Source: Prasinococcaceae sp. CCMP 1430 (Eukaryota; Plantae; Prasinodermophyta). From it: a DNA stretch of 64,000 nucleotides. Below, piece after piece: positions 34,256 to 44,093 of the stretch (the first letter of the stretch is position 1; each line of letters starts with the position of its first letter). The notes under the pieces were generated by a model. It was not told the origin of the DNA. It saw only the letters and a program-made list of their open reading frames with translations, and made no database searches. The stretch is from assembly GCA_013416795.1 (NCBI GenBank), contig RQSC01000026.1:667213-731212 (forward strand), read 5' to 3'. Both the position numbers and the translations under genes were made by a program.

Positions 34256-35824
34256 GTGGCCTCGGCCTGCGGCATCTTCGGCATCGTCACGAATGAGGGC
34301 GTCGCGGCCCCCGAGGTCTACGAGGCCCTCATGATGCTGCAGCATCGGGGGCAGGACGCAGGTGGCATGGTCACGTACGACGGCGAGCGCTTCCACGAGC
34401 AGAAGGGCAAGGGGCTCGTCTCGGACGTCTTCAAGGACAAGGCGGAGATGGCCGAGCTCAAGGGGCGCATCGGCATCGGGCACGTGCGCTACCCGACGGC
34501 CGGCAGCCTGCACCCCAAGGAGGCGCAGCCGTTCTTCGTCAACTCGCCCTTCGGCATCTGGCTGATCCACAATGGCAACCTGACCAACACGGAGGAGCTG
34601 CGCGTCGACCTCAGGCGCGACACGGACAACTCGTACCGTCGCCACATGCGAACCTCGTCGGACACCGAGGTGCTGCTCAACGTGCTGGCGGACTCGATCC
34701 ACCGCTCGCACAAGGAGAGCGGGATGAGCAAGTCGGCCGTGGACCTCGTCTTCGACGGCACCAAGCGCCTGATGCGGAAGGTGCGCGGGGCGTACTCGGT
34801 GATCACCACCATCGACGAGGTCGGCCTCATGGCCTTCCGCGACCCCAACGGCATCCGCCCGCTCGTGCTCGGCAAGCGCCAGGGCATCAACGGCACCGAG
34901 TACGCGTTCTCGTCGGAAGACGCGGCCTTCGGGCCCCTGGGCTTCGAGCGCGTGCGCGACGTCGCGCCAGGCGAGGCGGTGCTCGTCACCCTCGAGGGCG
35001 AGCTCGTGTCGCGCCAGCTCACCCCCACGTCGAACGTCGTTCCGTGCATCTTCGAGTACATCTACCTGGCGCGGCCCGACAGCACCCTCAACGGCATCAA
35101 CGTGTACAACTTCCAGCTCGCGTGTGGGCGCCGCCTCGCCGACCGCGTGCGCGAGCGCTTCGACGACATCGACATCGTCGTGCCCGTGCCCGACGGCAGC
35201 CGCCCGAGCGCCATCGAGCTCTCCTCGGCGCTGGGCCTTCCCTACCGCGAGGGTCTCGTCAAAAACCGCTACGTGGGGCGCACCTTCATCATGCCCAGCC
35301 AGCGCCAGCGCGAGCTCAGCGTGCGGCGAAAGCTCAACGCCATGAGCGCGGTCTTCAAGGACCAGAACGTGCTGCTGGTGGACGACTCGATCGTGCGCGG
35401 CACGACCATGCGCCAGATCGTGGAGATGTGCAAGAAGGCGGGCGCGAAGAAGGTGTACATCGCGAGCGCCTCGCCCCCGGTGGTGCACCCCAACGTGTAC
35501 GGCGTGGACCTGCCGTCGCGCAAGGAGTTCATCGCCAACGAGTGCAAGGCCGCGCCCGTCGCCGACAGCGACGAATTCCTGGATGAGCTGGCGAAGACGC
35601 TCAGCGCCGACGGCGCCATTTACCAAACGCTGGAGGACCTCAAGGGGGCGGCGCACGACTGCAACCCCAACGTCAAGAACTTCGACTGCTCGGTCTTCGA
35701 CGGCCGCTACATCACGGGCGACGTCTGCGAGGAATACCTCGAGGATCTGGAGACCTCGGGGCGCGGCGCCAAGCGCGAGGCGAGCAAGAAACTCGAAGGC
35801 AACATCGCGGCCGCGGCGGTGTAG
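34256..35824 (+). CDS. purF: Amidophosphoribosyltransferase; 5' end/transit peptide lost in the gap
   Basis: Ntn catalytic CGIFG at 34268; QHRGQD, GHVRYPTAG, HNGNLTN, SDTE, EYIYLARPDS, VDDSIVRGTT and YGVD motifs. Confidence 0.97.
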   Translation: MASACGIFGIVTNEGVAAPEVYEALMMLQHRGQDAGGMVTYDGERFHEQKGKGLVSDVFKDKAEMAELKGRIGIGHVRYPTAGSLHPKEAQPFFVNSPFGIWLIHNGNLTNTEELRVDLRRDTDNSYRRHMRTSSDTEVLLNVLADSIHRSHKESGMSKSAVDLVFDGTKRLMRKVRGAYSVITTIDEVGLMAFRDPNGIRPLVLGKRQGINGTEYAFSSEDAAFGPLGFERVRDVAPGEAVLVTLEGELVSRQLTPTSNVVPCIFEYIYLARPDSTLNGINVYNFQLACGRRLADRVRERFDDIDIVVPVPDGSRPSAIELSSALGLPYREGLVKNRYVGRTFIMPSQRQRELSVRRKLNAMSAVFKDQNVLLVDDSIVRGTTMRQIVEMCKKAGAKKVYIASASPPVVHPNVYGVDLPSRKEFIANECKAAPVADSDEFLDELAKTLSADGAIYQTLEDLKGAAHDCNPNVKNFDCSVFDGRYITGDVCEEYLEDLETSGRGAKREASKKLEGNIAAAAV

Positions 35825-36755
35825 GCGCGCGCCCGCGCCCCGGCGCCGCCTGCGCCCTGAATATATATAAATCCGCACGACCTCTCGACTGCCCCTCGCC
35901 CGCGTCTGCCGGACGCAGCCCTCGATCTTGGTGCGCGCGCGGCCGCTCCCTCGATCTCCGCAGCCACGCACCTCTGCCGCTCGAGCCCGCGCCGAAGAGG
36001 GACGCCTCCTGTGCCAAGTCGCACCAAAGCGCGAGCGTGCGCGCGCGACCGCATGCGATTTGATGGCGGGCGGAGCGCCGCCTCCGCCCGGTGCCGGTGG
36101 GATCGGGCGCGCACGCTCGCGCGCCACACTGAATCGCCCGCCCGCTCGAGGTGCGCACCCCCCTCCGCCCCCCGGTCACGCCACGCGCGAGCCTTGCCCT
36201 ACGGAGCTGACGAGCGCTTCCTCGGACCTCGCGCCCCCCCCTCGCCCCCCTCGCCCCCCTCGCCGCGCAGGCGGGCACCCGCCGGGGCCGCTGCGGCCGG
36301 GTACACGTCGCCGAGGTGCGTGCGCGCCCGCCANNNNNNNNNNNNNNNNNNNNNNNNNNNNNNNNNNNNNNNNNGGGGCGCGGCGGCGCGCGCCCGGGGG
36401 GGAGGCGCGCGCGAGGAGAGGAGGCGGGCGAAGCTGGAGGGGGTGGGCGAAGCGGGGCGCGGGAGCGGGCGGGGAGGTGGGTCGCGCGCGATCGGGCGCT
36501 GCCGGGGGTGGGCACGCCCGTGGGGGCGCCGCGCAGAAGCAGAAGCAGGTGCAGCACGCCGGCGATGCAAGTTCGGGGGTGTGCTGGCGGGGGATGTGAG
36601 AGGGTCGAGGGCATTGCGCTCGGGAGAGGGGGGCGACACGGGGGCCCGTGGCTGTGCATGGAGCTGACACGCGCCTTTAATGTCGTGTCACGGCAGCGCC
36701 GTACACTGTGTCGGACGCGGCGGCGGCACCGACGTGGAGCTCTTGCTCGGCGCCG

Positions 36756-39700
36756 ATGTCGTCGCCCTCGTTCTCTCCGACGGCGAGTGCAGCGGCACGC
36801 CGGCGAAGTACGCGCTCGCGCTCGTTCATCATGGGCGGTGGGGCGAAGGCACGCACCATCTTCGCCCCGAAAGCGCGTACCTTCAAGTCCAGCACCTTCG
36901 CCTTCATCACCGAGGTGTTCGCGTTGCGGCACACGATCTCGGCTAGGATTCTGCCGCAGCTGACTTTGGCGCTGATTATGGGCTTTGTGGCCAACTCTGC
37001 CAAGATCCGCTTCTGCGAGAGCGAGCACGGGCAGATTGAGGACGCGTCGCAGTGCTGGATAGCGTTCGACGACAGCGCGCACTTGAGCGCGGGCATCATC
37101 CTGGGCCTCCTTCTGGTGTTCCGCACGTCGTTAGCATACGACCGATACTATGACGGCAAGGCGGCCCTCGGGCAGATCTACAACGGGATCCGCAACCTCA
37201 ACGTGGCCGTCGTCGCCTTCATGCGGCTGCCACGCGAGGACGAGGAAAACTACTCGCCGAACTCGATCGATGCGCGCCGCGCACAGCTCTCGAAGGACCG
37301 TGTGAACATCCTGCGGCTGTCGAACATCATGTTTGCGTTCATGCGCCAGGCGACGCGCGAGCACCGCCACGGCTACTCAGACACGGGACCGGTGGAGGAC
37401 GAAGAGCTTCTCACCAAGGACCGCGCAGGCAAGCCGAGCCTTCCCAGTCTGTGGAACAGCGGCGCCGAACGTGTTCGCTATTCGAGGATCGACTTCAACA
37501 ACCGCGCCAACGTGGTCGCCGCGGAGATCTGCTATATCGCCGAAAGCCATCGCCGCATGGGGCACATCTCGGAGCGCGCGTGCCTGGATATCTACCACGA
37601 GCTCGAGCTCACGCTCGCCGCTTTCAAGGAGATCGAGCGCATCGTCACAACGCCGATTCCCTATCAGTACTTGCACATGATCAACGTCATCCTCTTCACC
37701 TACGTCTTCACCACGCCGTTCGTATTTACGGTGTCGTTCAAGCACGCCACGCCCATCGCGTCGTTCATGATTGCGCTCGGGTATTATGGCGTCAACGCTA
37801 TCGGGCGCTGCATGGAGGATCCGTTCAACTGGGACGAGCCAAACCACGATCTGACGTCCATTGGCTGGCGCATGTCCAAAGAGAACATGAAGCTACACGA
37901 GATGGCCGATGTCATGGAAAAGGACATGATGTTGCAGGCAATGCCGAAGCAGGGGGAGGCCGGCCGCGCTAAGCAGGTGTTCAAGATGGCCGGCGCGTTG
38001 CGCGCGGCTGCCGCCAAGGAGAGTGTTGGCAGAGGCATGCCGGCAGCGGCCGGCGGCAATGCTATCCTCGCGGCCGTCGCACAAATGAATGCTCAGAACG
38101 AGGCAGACGAGGAGGAGGACGACGACGACCCCGTGGAGGTTGCCGTGGGACAGCAATTTGGCGAGGGCAGATTCGCCTTCTTCACCGAACTGTGGGTATG
38201 GGACAACACCGTGTGGCCATCGCTGCTGCCGCAGGTCGTTCTCGCAGCCCTTGTTGGCGGCGCTGCGCAGTTCGCCAAGACGCGCCTGTGCGAGGACGGG
38301 GGCGAGGAGGTGTACGAGGCCGAGGATTGCTTGATTTGCTTCGACAAGCACGCGCACGATCTGGTGGGTATGGCCATCGGCTTTCTCATGGTTTTCCGGG
38401 TGAACATGTCGTACGAGCGCTACTACGAGGGCAAGGAGGTCGTGGGTAACCTGTACGAGGGCATCCGTAACCTCAATGTGGCCTTCGCGGCCTTCATGCG
38501 CGTGCCAGAGCCTGGAGAGCTGGACTACAAAGCCGAAGTGACCGATGAGTACCGACAGGCGCTCTCTGAGGACCGCCTTGAGGTGTTTCGCCTGTCCAAC
38601 CTCCTGTATGCCTTTATTCGCCAAGCCGTGCGAGAGCAGCGCAAGGGCTACCCGGGCGTGGGCCCCGTCTCGGACGAGGAAATTGTCACTCGCGACCGCC
38701 GTGGCAAGCCTAGCGTGCCACTGCTCATGCGTGACGAGGAGCGCTACGAGTATCTCGCCTTCGGCGCCAAAAATCGCCCCAATATTCTGGTTGCGCGCAT
38801 CCAGTCCATCGTGGAGCACCACCGTCGCGTTGGCCACATCTGTGAGCGCGCGGCCTTTGAGATGTACCACCAGAGCGAGGAGGTGCTGAGCGCCTATCGC
38901 GCGGCCGAGCGCATCGCCATGACGCCGATTCCGTACATCTACCTCCATGCGGTCCAGTTCCTGCTCTTCTTCTTCATCTTCTCCTCAGGCTTCATGTTTT
39001 CGTACACCTTCAAGTGGATCACGCCACTGCCTTGCGTCATCCTGTCGATGGGGTTCTACGGCCTCAACGAGATCGGCCGCGCGCTCCAGGATCCCTTTTC
39101 GTGGGAGGAGCCCATGCACGACCTCAGCTCGATTGGCTGGCGCGTTTACCGCGAGAATCTTGCCCTTCACCAATGGATCGACGGGCTGGAGAAGTCTGGC
39201 AAGCGCGCTAACAGTGCGCGCAATACGCGCCTGTACGAGGTACTCACTAACGCCATGGAGTCCCACGATGCCGATCAGGGGGGCGACGGCGCTGCGGAGT
39301 CTGCAAGCGTGCCGAAGCGCTCGCGCCGCGCGTCAGTGAGCAACACGGAGCGAAGCGCCGACGAGAGACGCCGACCGTCGTTGATTGCGGCCAGACTCGA
39401 CGTGCCCATTATTACCGACGAGGCCGCACACTCGCTGTCTTTTGTCACAGCTGTGTTCAAGTGGAAACACACCGTCTTACAAAAGCTCGTGCCGCACATG
39501 GTCTTGGCGACCATTCTGGCACTCCTGGCGCACTTCCTGAAGTTGCAGGTGTGCGATGAAGATGCGAAGTACGACACTGACTGTTGGATCACGCTGTCAT
39601 CGTCGGCACATAAGGTGATCGTTGGTGTCATCGCCTTCCTTCTTGTGTTCCGGACCAATATCGCATACTACCGCTACTACGAGGGGAAGAAGTTCCAGGG

Positions 39701-42700
39701 GGCACTCCTTAATGCTGTGCGCAATGTCAACGTCGCGGTGGTCTCCTTCGTGCGCGCACCGCGCGAGGGCGAATACGGATACGAGAGCCGCAAGAGGGTG
39801 CGCGAAGAGCTACAGCGTGCGCTCAGTCGCGACCGCATCGAGCTGCGTCGCCTGTCCAACGTGCTCTTCGCCTTCATCCGCCAGGCCATCCGCGAGCAGC
39901 GCAACGGCTATCCGGACGAGCAGGAGGTGACCGACGATGAGCTCATCCGCAACGACAAGATGGGCAAGCCCAGCCTCGCCCATCTGCTCACCGAAGACGA
40001 GAAGGCGCTGTACACGAGCATTGACTACAACAACCGCCCAAACGTCGTGGTGGCCGAGATGCAGACCATCATTGAGAAGCACCGCCGCCTTGGCAATGTG
40101 TCGGAGCGCGGCGCCTTCGACGTATATCACGACCTCGAGGGCGCGCTCGTAGCGTTCAAGAACTGTGAGCGCATCGTCTCCACAAAGATGCCCTATCAGT
40201 ACATGCACATGCTCAACTTCCTCCTATTCCTCTTCGCGTTCACGACGCCTTTGGTCTACTCGGCCAACTACCAGTGGCTCGTGCCCTTGCCGGTGCTCAT
40301 CACCGTGATTGCATTCTATGGTATCGCGGAGATTGGCTACGCCATCGAGGAGCCGTTCGACTGGAAGGAGCCCAGCCACGACATGACTGTCGCCGGCCTG
40401 CGCTCGTACCATGAGACCCTGCAGGTGCACGAGGTGGGTGATGTCGCCCCACGCACCGAGCCCGTCCTTGGCGACTTCGACGTCGCGATCGCCAATGCGT
40501 CGAACGCGCAGGCTCCCACGGGCGAGAGTGCCAAGACGCACCTGCTGAAGACGCAGCGCAGCCGTGGCTCGTTCTCGATGGCGTCGGGTGATGACCTCCT
40601 CAACATGTACAGTGACGTTCCCGTTGATATCAACCACTCGACGTTGGGCTTCATCGTCGAGCTCTTTTCGATCCGTCACACTGTGTGGTCCCGCGTGATC
40701 GGGCAGGTCATTGCCGCAGGCATCGTTGGCATGCTGGCGCAATTGGCCAAGATTCACGTGTGCGGTGACGACGTCAAGACGACGACTGACTGCGATGTCA
40801 CTTTCGAACCCGAGGCGCACGGCGTCGTGGGCGCGGTGCTCGGCTTTATGCTCGTGTTTCGTACCAATCTGGCGTACGAACGCTTTTACGAAGGCAAGCA
40901 GAGCGTGGGGCAGCTGCACATCGCGCTGCGCAACCTCAACATCGGCGTAATCGCCTTCGTCCGCCCGCCGACTAAGGGCGAGGCCGCATACGAGGAAGGC
41001 CCCGCGCGCTCCCGCCTTGCGCAGGAGCTGCGCGAGAAGCGCTCGGAGATGCTGCGCCTCACGCACATCCTTTACGCCTTCATGCGTCAGGCCGTGCGCG
41101 AACAGCACATTGGCTACCCACAGGACCTCCACGTGACTGACAGCGAGTTGCTGACTAACGACAAGTACGGCAAGCCCAGCCTGAGCTCTCTGCTCACACC
41201 CGCTGAGGTCTCATTCTTCGGCAAGGTGCCGTTCCACAACCGTCCCAATGTGGTCGTCACCATGCTGCAGAAGGAGGTGGAGCTCGTCCGCCGCATGCCG
41301 CACGTACTCTGCGATCGTGGCGCGTTTGACCTGTACAGTGAGTGCGAGCTGGTTTTGGACGCCTTCAAGAGCTGCGAGCGCGTGGTGTCCACGCCCATCC
41401 CTTACCAGTACCTGCACATGGTCAACTTTGTGACCTTCTGCTTCGTCTTCAGCGTTCCTTTCACCTTCTCGTACTCGTGGAAGTGGCTCACGCCCGCCCC
41501 AGCCATGGCCTTGGCGCTGACGTACTACGGCATCGGCAAAATCGGCGAGTCGATCGAGCGGCCGTTCGACTGGACGGTGCCCAACCACGATATGACCGGC
41601 CTCGGCTGGCGCATCTATCGCGAGTGCACGCAGCTTCACAAGCGTTTCAACAAGCGCGAGGAGATGGAGCTCAAGGCGAGCGACTCGGCGCAAGCGCTGC
41701 GCCCGGTCGAGCTCGAGTGGACCGCGGCCACCGCCCGAGTGGGGAAGGTGGGATCGACCCGCGCGGGCATGGATCTGGCGCATGGCCGCCGCGCCTCGCT
41801 CGTCGCGCAGGGTGTTGACATCGACATGGTCTACCTCACGCCATGGCCGCTGCACAACTACACCTTTCTCACGGAGCTTTTCACAAAGCAAGACACCGTC
41901 ATCAGCAAGATCGTGCCGCAGATGGCCGCTGGGGGCATCGTGGGGTTGTTCGCGCAGTACGTGAAGATGGCCTTCTGCGGCGACGACGTGGAGACGGACC
42001 GTGAATGCTGGATCACCTTTGGCAACGAGGCGCACACAATCGCAGGCTCCATCCTGGGCTTCCTGCTCGTGTTCCGCGTCAACCTGGCGTACACCAAGTT
42101 CTACGAGGCCAAGGAGGCGCTCGGCCTGGTCTACGACGGCCTTCGCAACGTGATGGTGGCGATTTCGTCCTTCATGCGCGAGTCGTCGAAGGCCGAGCGC
42201 GGCTTTCGCGAGCACACGCCCGCGCAGCTCGCCCAGCTGCGCCTGGACCTCATCGAGCTGCTACGGCTGACCAACCTGCTGTTCGCCTTCATCCGCCAGG
42301 CCGTGCGCGAGCAGCGACACGGGTACCCGCGCAAGCCCTTCGTGTCGGACTTGGATCTGCTCGACGCCGACAAGTTCGGCTCGCCGTGCGTGCCCGATCT
42401 GCTGACTCCCCAGGAGCGCGCCTTCTTCAAGAACGTGGACTACAACAACCGGCCCAACCTCGTCATGGCCAAGATCCAGATGCTCGTCGAGCGCAACCGG
42501 AGGCTGGGTTTCATCTACGATAAATCGGCCTTCGACGTCTACCACGAGTGCGAGACGGTCCTGGGCGCCTTCAAGATCTGCGAGAAGATCACCACCACGC
42601 CGGTGCCCTACCAATACCTGCACATGCTCAATTTCCTGCTGTTCTTCTTCGTGTACACGAGCCCCTTCGTTTTCTCGGCGAGCTTCAAGTACATGACGCC

Positions 42701-43016
42701 CCTGCCGGCCGTCATCGTCGCCATGGGCTTTTACGGCATCGCCGAGATCGGCAACGTCATCGAGGAGAGCTTCGACTGGAAGGAGCCAAGTCATGACCTC
42801 ACAGGCCTGGGCCGTCGCATCATGAAGGAGAACAAGCTCATCCTGGGCATCCGCGATGTGCCCGCCAACACCGTCGCCAAGGCCGCCCGTGCTGCCGCTG
42901 GCGGGCCCGTCACCGAGGCCTTCTCGCCCACCGCCGCCGCCGCCCTCGGCGCCTCGCACGCAGCCGACGCCGTCATTGAGATCGGCGATGGGCTCGAGAT
43001 CGAGCCCGCGTGCTGA
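36756..43016 (+). CDS. Five-fold tandem bestrophin (YneE/VCCN-type) anion-channel polyprotein, ~2090 aa; 5' exon structure uncertain
   Basis: Five complete repeats, each with LVFR[TV][NS]xAYxR[YF]Y[ED][GA]K (Phe at 37119, 38394, 39648, 40857, 42072), AF[IM]RQAxREQ, ERIxxTP[IV]PYxYxH and YG..[EK]IG...[ED]xPFxWxEPxHD. Confidence 0.93.
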   Translation: MSSPSFSPTASAAARRRSTRSRSFIMGGGAKARTIFAPKARTFKSSTFAFITEVFALRHTISARILPQLTLALIMGFVANSAKIRFCESEHGQIEDASQCWIAFDDSAHLSAGIILGLLLVFRTSLAYDRYYDGKAALGQIYNGIRNLNVAVVAFMRLPREDEENYSPNSIDARRAQLSKDRVNILRLSNIMFAFMRQATREHRHGYSDTGPVEDEELLTKDRAGKPSLPSLWNSGAERVRYSRIDFNNRANVVAAEICYIAESHRRMGHISERACLDIYHELELTLAAFKEIERIVTTPIPYQYLHMINVILFTYVFTTPFVFTVSFKHATPIASFMIALGYYGVNAIGRCMEDPFNWDEPNHDLTSIGWRMSKENMKLHEMADVMEKDMMLQAMPKQGEAGRAKQVFKMAGALRAAAAKESVGRGMPAAAGGNAILAAVAQMNAQNEADEEEDDDDPVEVAVGQQFGEGRFAFFTELWVWDNTVWPSLLPQVVLAALVGGAAQFAKTRLCEDGGEEVYEAEDCLICFDKHAHDLVGMAIGFLMVFRVNMSYERYYEGKEVVGNLYEGIRNLNVAFAAFMRVPEPGELDYKAEVTDEYRQALSEDRLEVFRLSNLLYAFIRQAVREQRKGYPGVGPVSDEEIVTRDRRGKPSVPLLMRDEERYEYLAFGAKNRPNILVARIQSIVEHHRRVGHICERAAFEMYHQSEEVLSAYRAAERIAMTPIPYIYLHAVQFLLFFFIFSSGFMFSYTFKWITPLPCVILSMGFYGLNEIGRALQDPFSWEEPMHDLSSIGWRVYRENLALHQWIDGLEKSGKRANSARNTRLYEVLTNAMESHDADQGGDGAAESASVPKRSRRASVSNTERSADERRRPSLIAARLDVPIITDEAAHSLSFVTAVFKWKHTVLQKLVPHMVLATILALLAHFLKLQVCDEDAKYDTDCWITLSSSAHKVIVGVIAFLLVFRTNIAYYRYYEGKKFQGALLNAVRNVNVAVVSFVRAPREGEYGYESRKRVREELQRALSRDRIELRRLSNVLFAFIRQAIREQRNGYPDEQEVTDDELIRNDKMGKPSLAHLLTEDEKALYTSIDYNNRPNVVVAEMQTIIEKHRRLGNVSERGAFDVYHDLEGALVAFKNCERIVSTKMPYQYMHMLNFLLFLFAFTTPLVYSANYQWLVPLPVLITVIAFYGIAEIGYAIEEPFDWKEPSHDMTVAGLRSYHETLQVHEVGDVAPRTEPVLGDFDVAIANASNAQAPTGESAKTHLLKTQRSRGSFSMASGDDLLNMYSDVPVDINHSTLGFIVELFSIRHTVWSRVIGQVIAAGIVGMLAQLAKIHVCGDDVKTTTDCDVTFEPEAHGVVGAVLGFMLVFRTNLAYERFYEGKQSVGQLHIALRNLNIGVIAFVRPPTKGEAAYEEGPARSRLAQELREKRSEMLRLTHILYAFMRQAVREQHIGYPQDLHVTDSELLTNDKYGKPSLSSLLTPAEVSFFGKVPFHNRPNVVVTMLQKEVELVRRMPHVLCDRGAFDLYSECELVLDAFKSCERVVSTPIPYQYLHMVNFVTFCFVFSVPFTFSYSWKWLTPAPAMALALTYYGIGKIGESIERPFDWTVPNHDMTGLGWRIYRECTQLHKRFNKREEMELKASDSAQALRPVELEWTAATARVGKVGSTRAGMDLAHGRRASLVAQGVDIDMVYLTPWPLHNYTFLTELFTKQDTVISKIVPQMAAGGIVGLFAQYVKMAFCGDDVETDRECWITFGNEAHTIAGSILGFLLVFRVNLAYTKFYEAKEALGLVYDGLRNVMVAISSFMRESSKAERGFREHTPAQLAQLRLDLIELLRLTNLLFAFIRQAVREQRHGYPRKPFVSDLDLLDADKFGSPCVPDLLTPQERAFFKNVDYNNRPNLVMAKIQMLVERNRRLGFIYDKSAFDVYHECETVLGAFKICEKITTTPVPYQYLHMLNFLLFFFVYTSPFVFSASFKYMTPLPAVIVAMGFYGIAEIGNVIEESFDWKEPSHDLTGLGRRIMKENKLILGIRDVPANTVAKAARAAAGGPVTEAFSPTAAAALGASHAADAVIEIGDGLEIEPAC

Positions 43017-43075
43017 GGACCTCAGGTGTGGTTTGGGTTCACTTGGTGAAGGAATTGGGTCGTTCTTGCCTCAAA

Positions 43076-43765
43076 ATGATAATATTTGTCGATGATGGTG
43101 CTAGGGTTTGTGGACTCGTTCATTTTGACGTCGCATTGCCCGCTGGCAGCGTCGTCGGGTGCGCGCACGCGCGCACAGCACGCTGCGGCGCGGTGGTGCG
43201 CGCTCGCGCCACACGCGGCGGCACGCGCGCTCCCGCGCGCGAGCGGCGCCACCGCGCGCGAGCGGGCGGAGACGGCGGACGCCAGGGAACGTGGCGCCGC
43301 GCGTACGATGCCGTCGGAGACTGGTTGGTCGAGCACCCCGCCCCCATGTTCCTCGTACACAATCCGTTGAAGGACTACCTGCTGCGACTGCGCGCGGGCC
43401 AGTATGACAAAGCGGAGGGTGCGAAGGCGCTCGATGCAGCGCTCGAGAGCGACCTTGTCGTCTTGTTCTCTCAGACGTACTGTCCTTTCAGCAAGGCAGT
43501 CAAGCGCGAGCTCGACGCGCGCAGCGTGCCGTACACCACCGTGGAGGTGGACGTCGTGCCCGAGGGCAACATGTTGGTGAACGAGCTGGGGATTCGGACG
43601 GGCCGCACCTCCATCCCGCACGTCTTCATCGGTGGTGACAGCGTGGGCGGCTGCAATGACAGCGGCGTCGGTGGCACTGGTCCGGGTTTCAGGCAGCGCG
43701 TGAAGGAGGACGGGTGGCTGGAAGGCGAGCTGAGGCGCGCGAAGGCTGCTCGCGACGCAGCGTAG
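43076..43765 (+). CDS. Glutaredoxin (CPFS active site), probably organelle-targeted; start uncertain
   Basis: VVLFSQTYCPFSKAVK, GRTSIPHVFIGGDSVGGCND. Confidence 0.88.
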   Translation: MIIFVDDGARVCGLVHFDVALPAGSVVGCAHARTARCGAVVRARATRGGTRAPARERRHRARAGGDGGRQGTWRRAYDAVGDWLVEHPAPMFLVHNPLKDYLLRLRAGQYDKAEGAKALDAALESDLVVLFSQTYCPFSKAVKRELDARSVPYTTVEVDVVPEGNMLVNELGIRTGRTSIPHVFIGGDSVGGCNDSGVGGTGPGFRQRVKEDGWLEGELRRAKAARDAA

Positions 43766-44093
43766 CACGCAGGCGCTCGACAGAATTGGCAGCTGCTGCA
43801 CACCATAAAACTGCCGCCGTTACATTTCGTATATGGATCTCGCTGCGATCGCCGACGCTGCCACCGCGCGTACGCGGCCACAGCGACGGAGTGGCTAAGA
43901 GGGCGAGAGCAGGGTCGCGAAGAGCGGGCTCCGAAGCAGTGCCAGATGGAGCGACGAGAAGCGAAGCTAGAGTGCGGTGAGCCGACGGACATAGGCGCGC
44001 AGTGTGGTGCGTTTGGCATGTGCGTCGTTGGCGTCGTGATACCAGCGAGCGGGCCGGCCGCTTGGGCATGGGGCGAGGCCACATCTCACAGAG

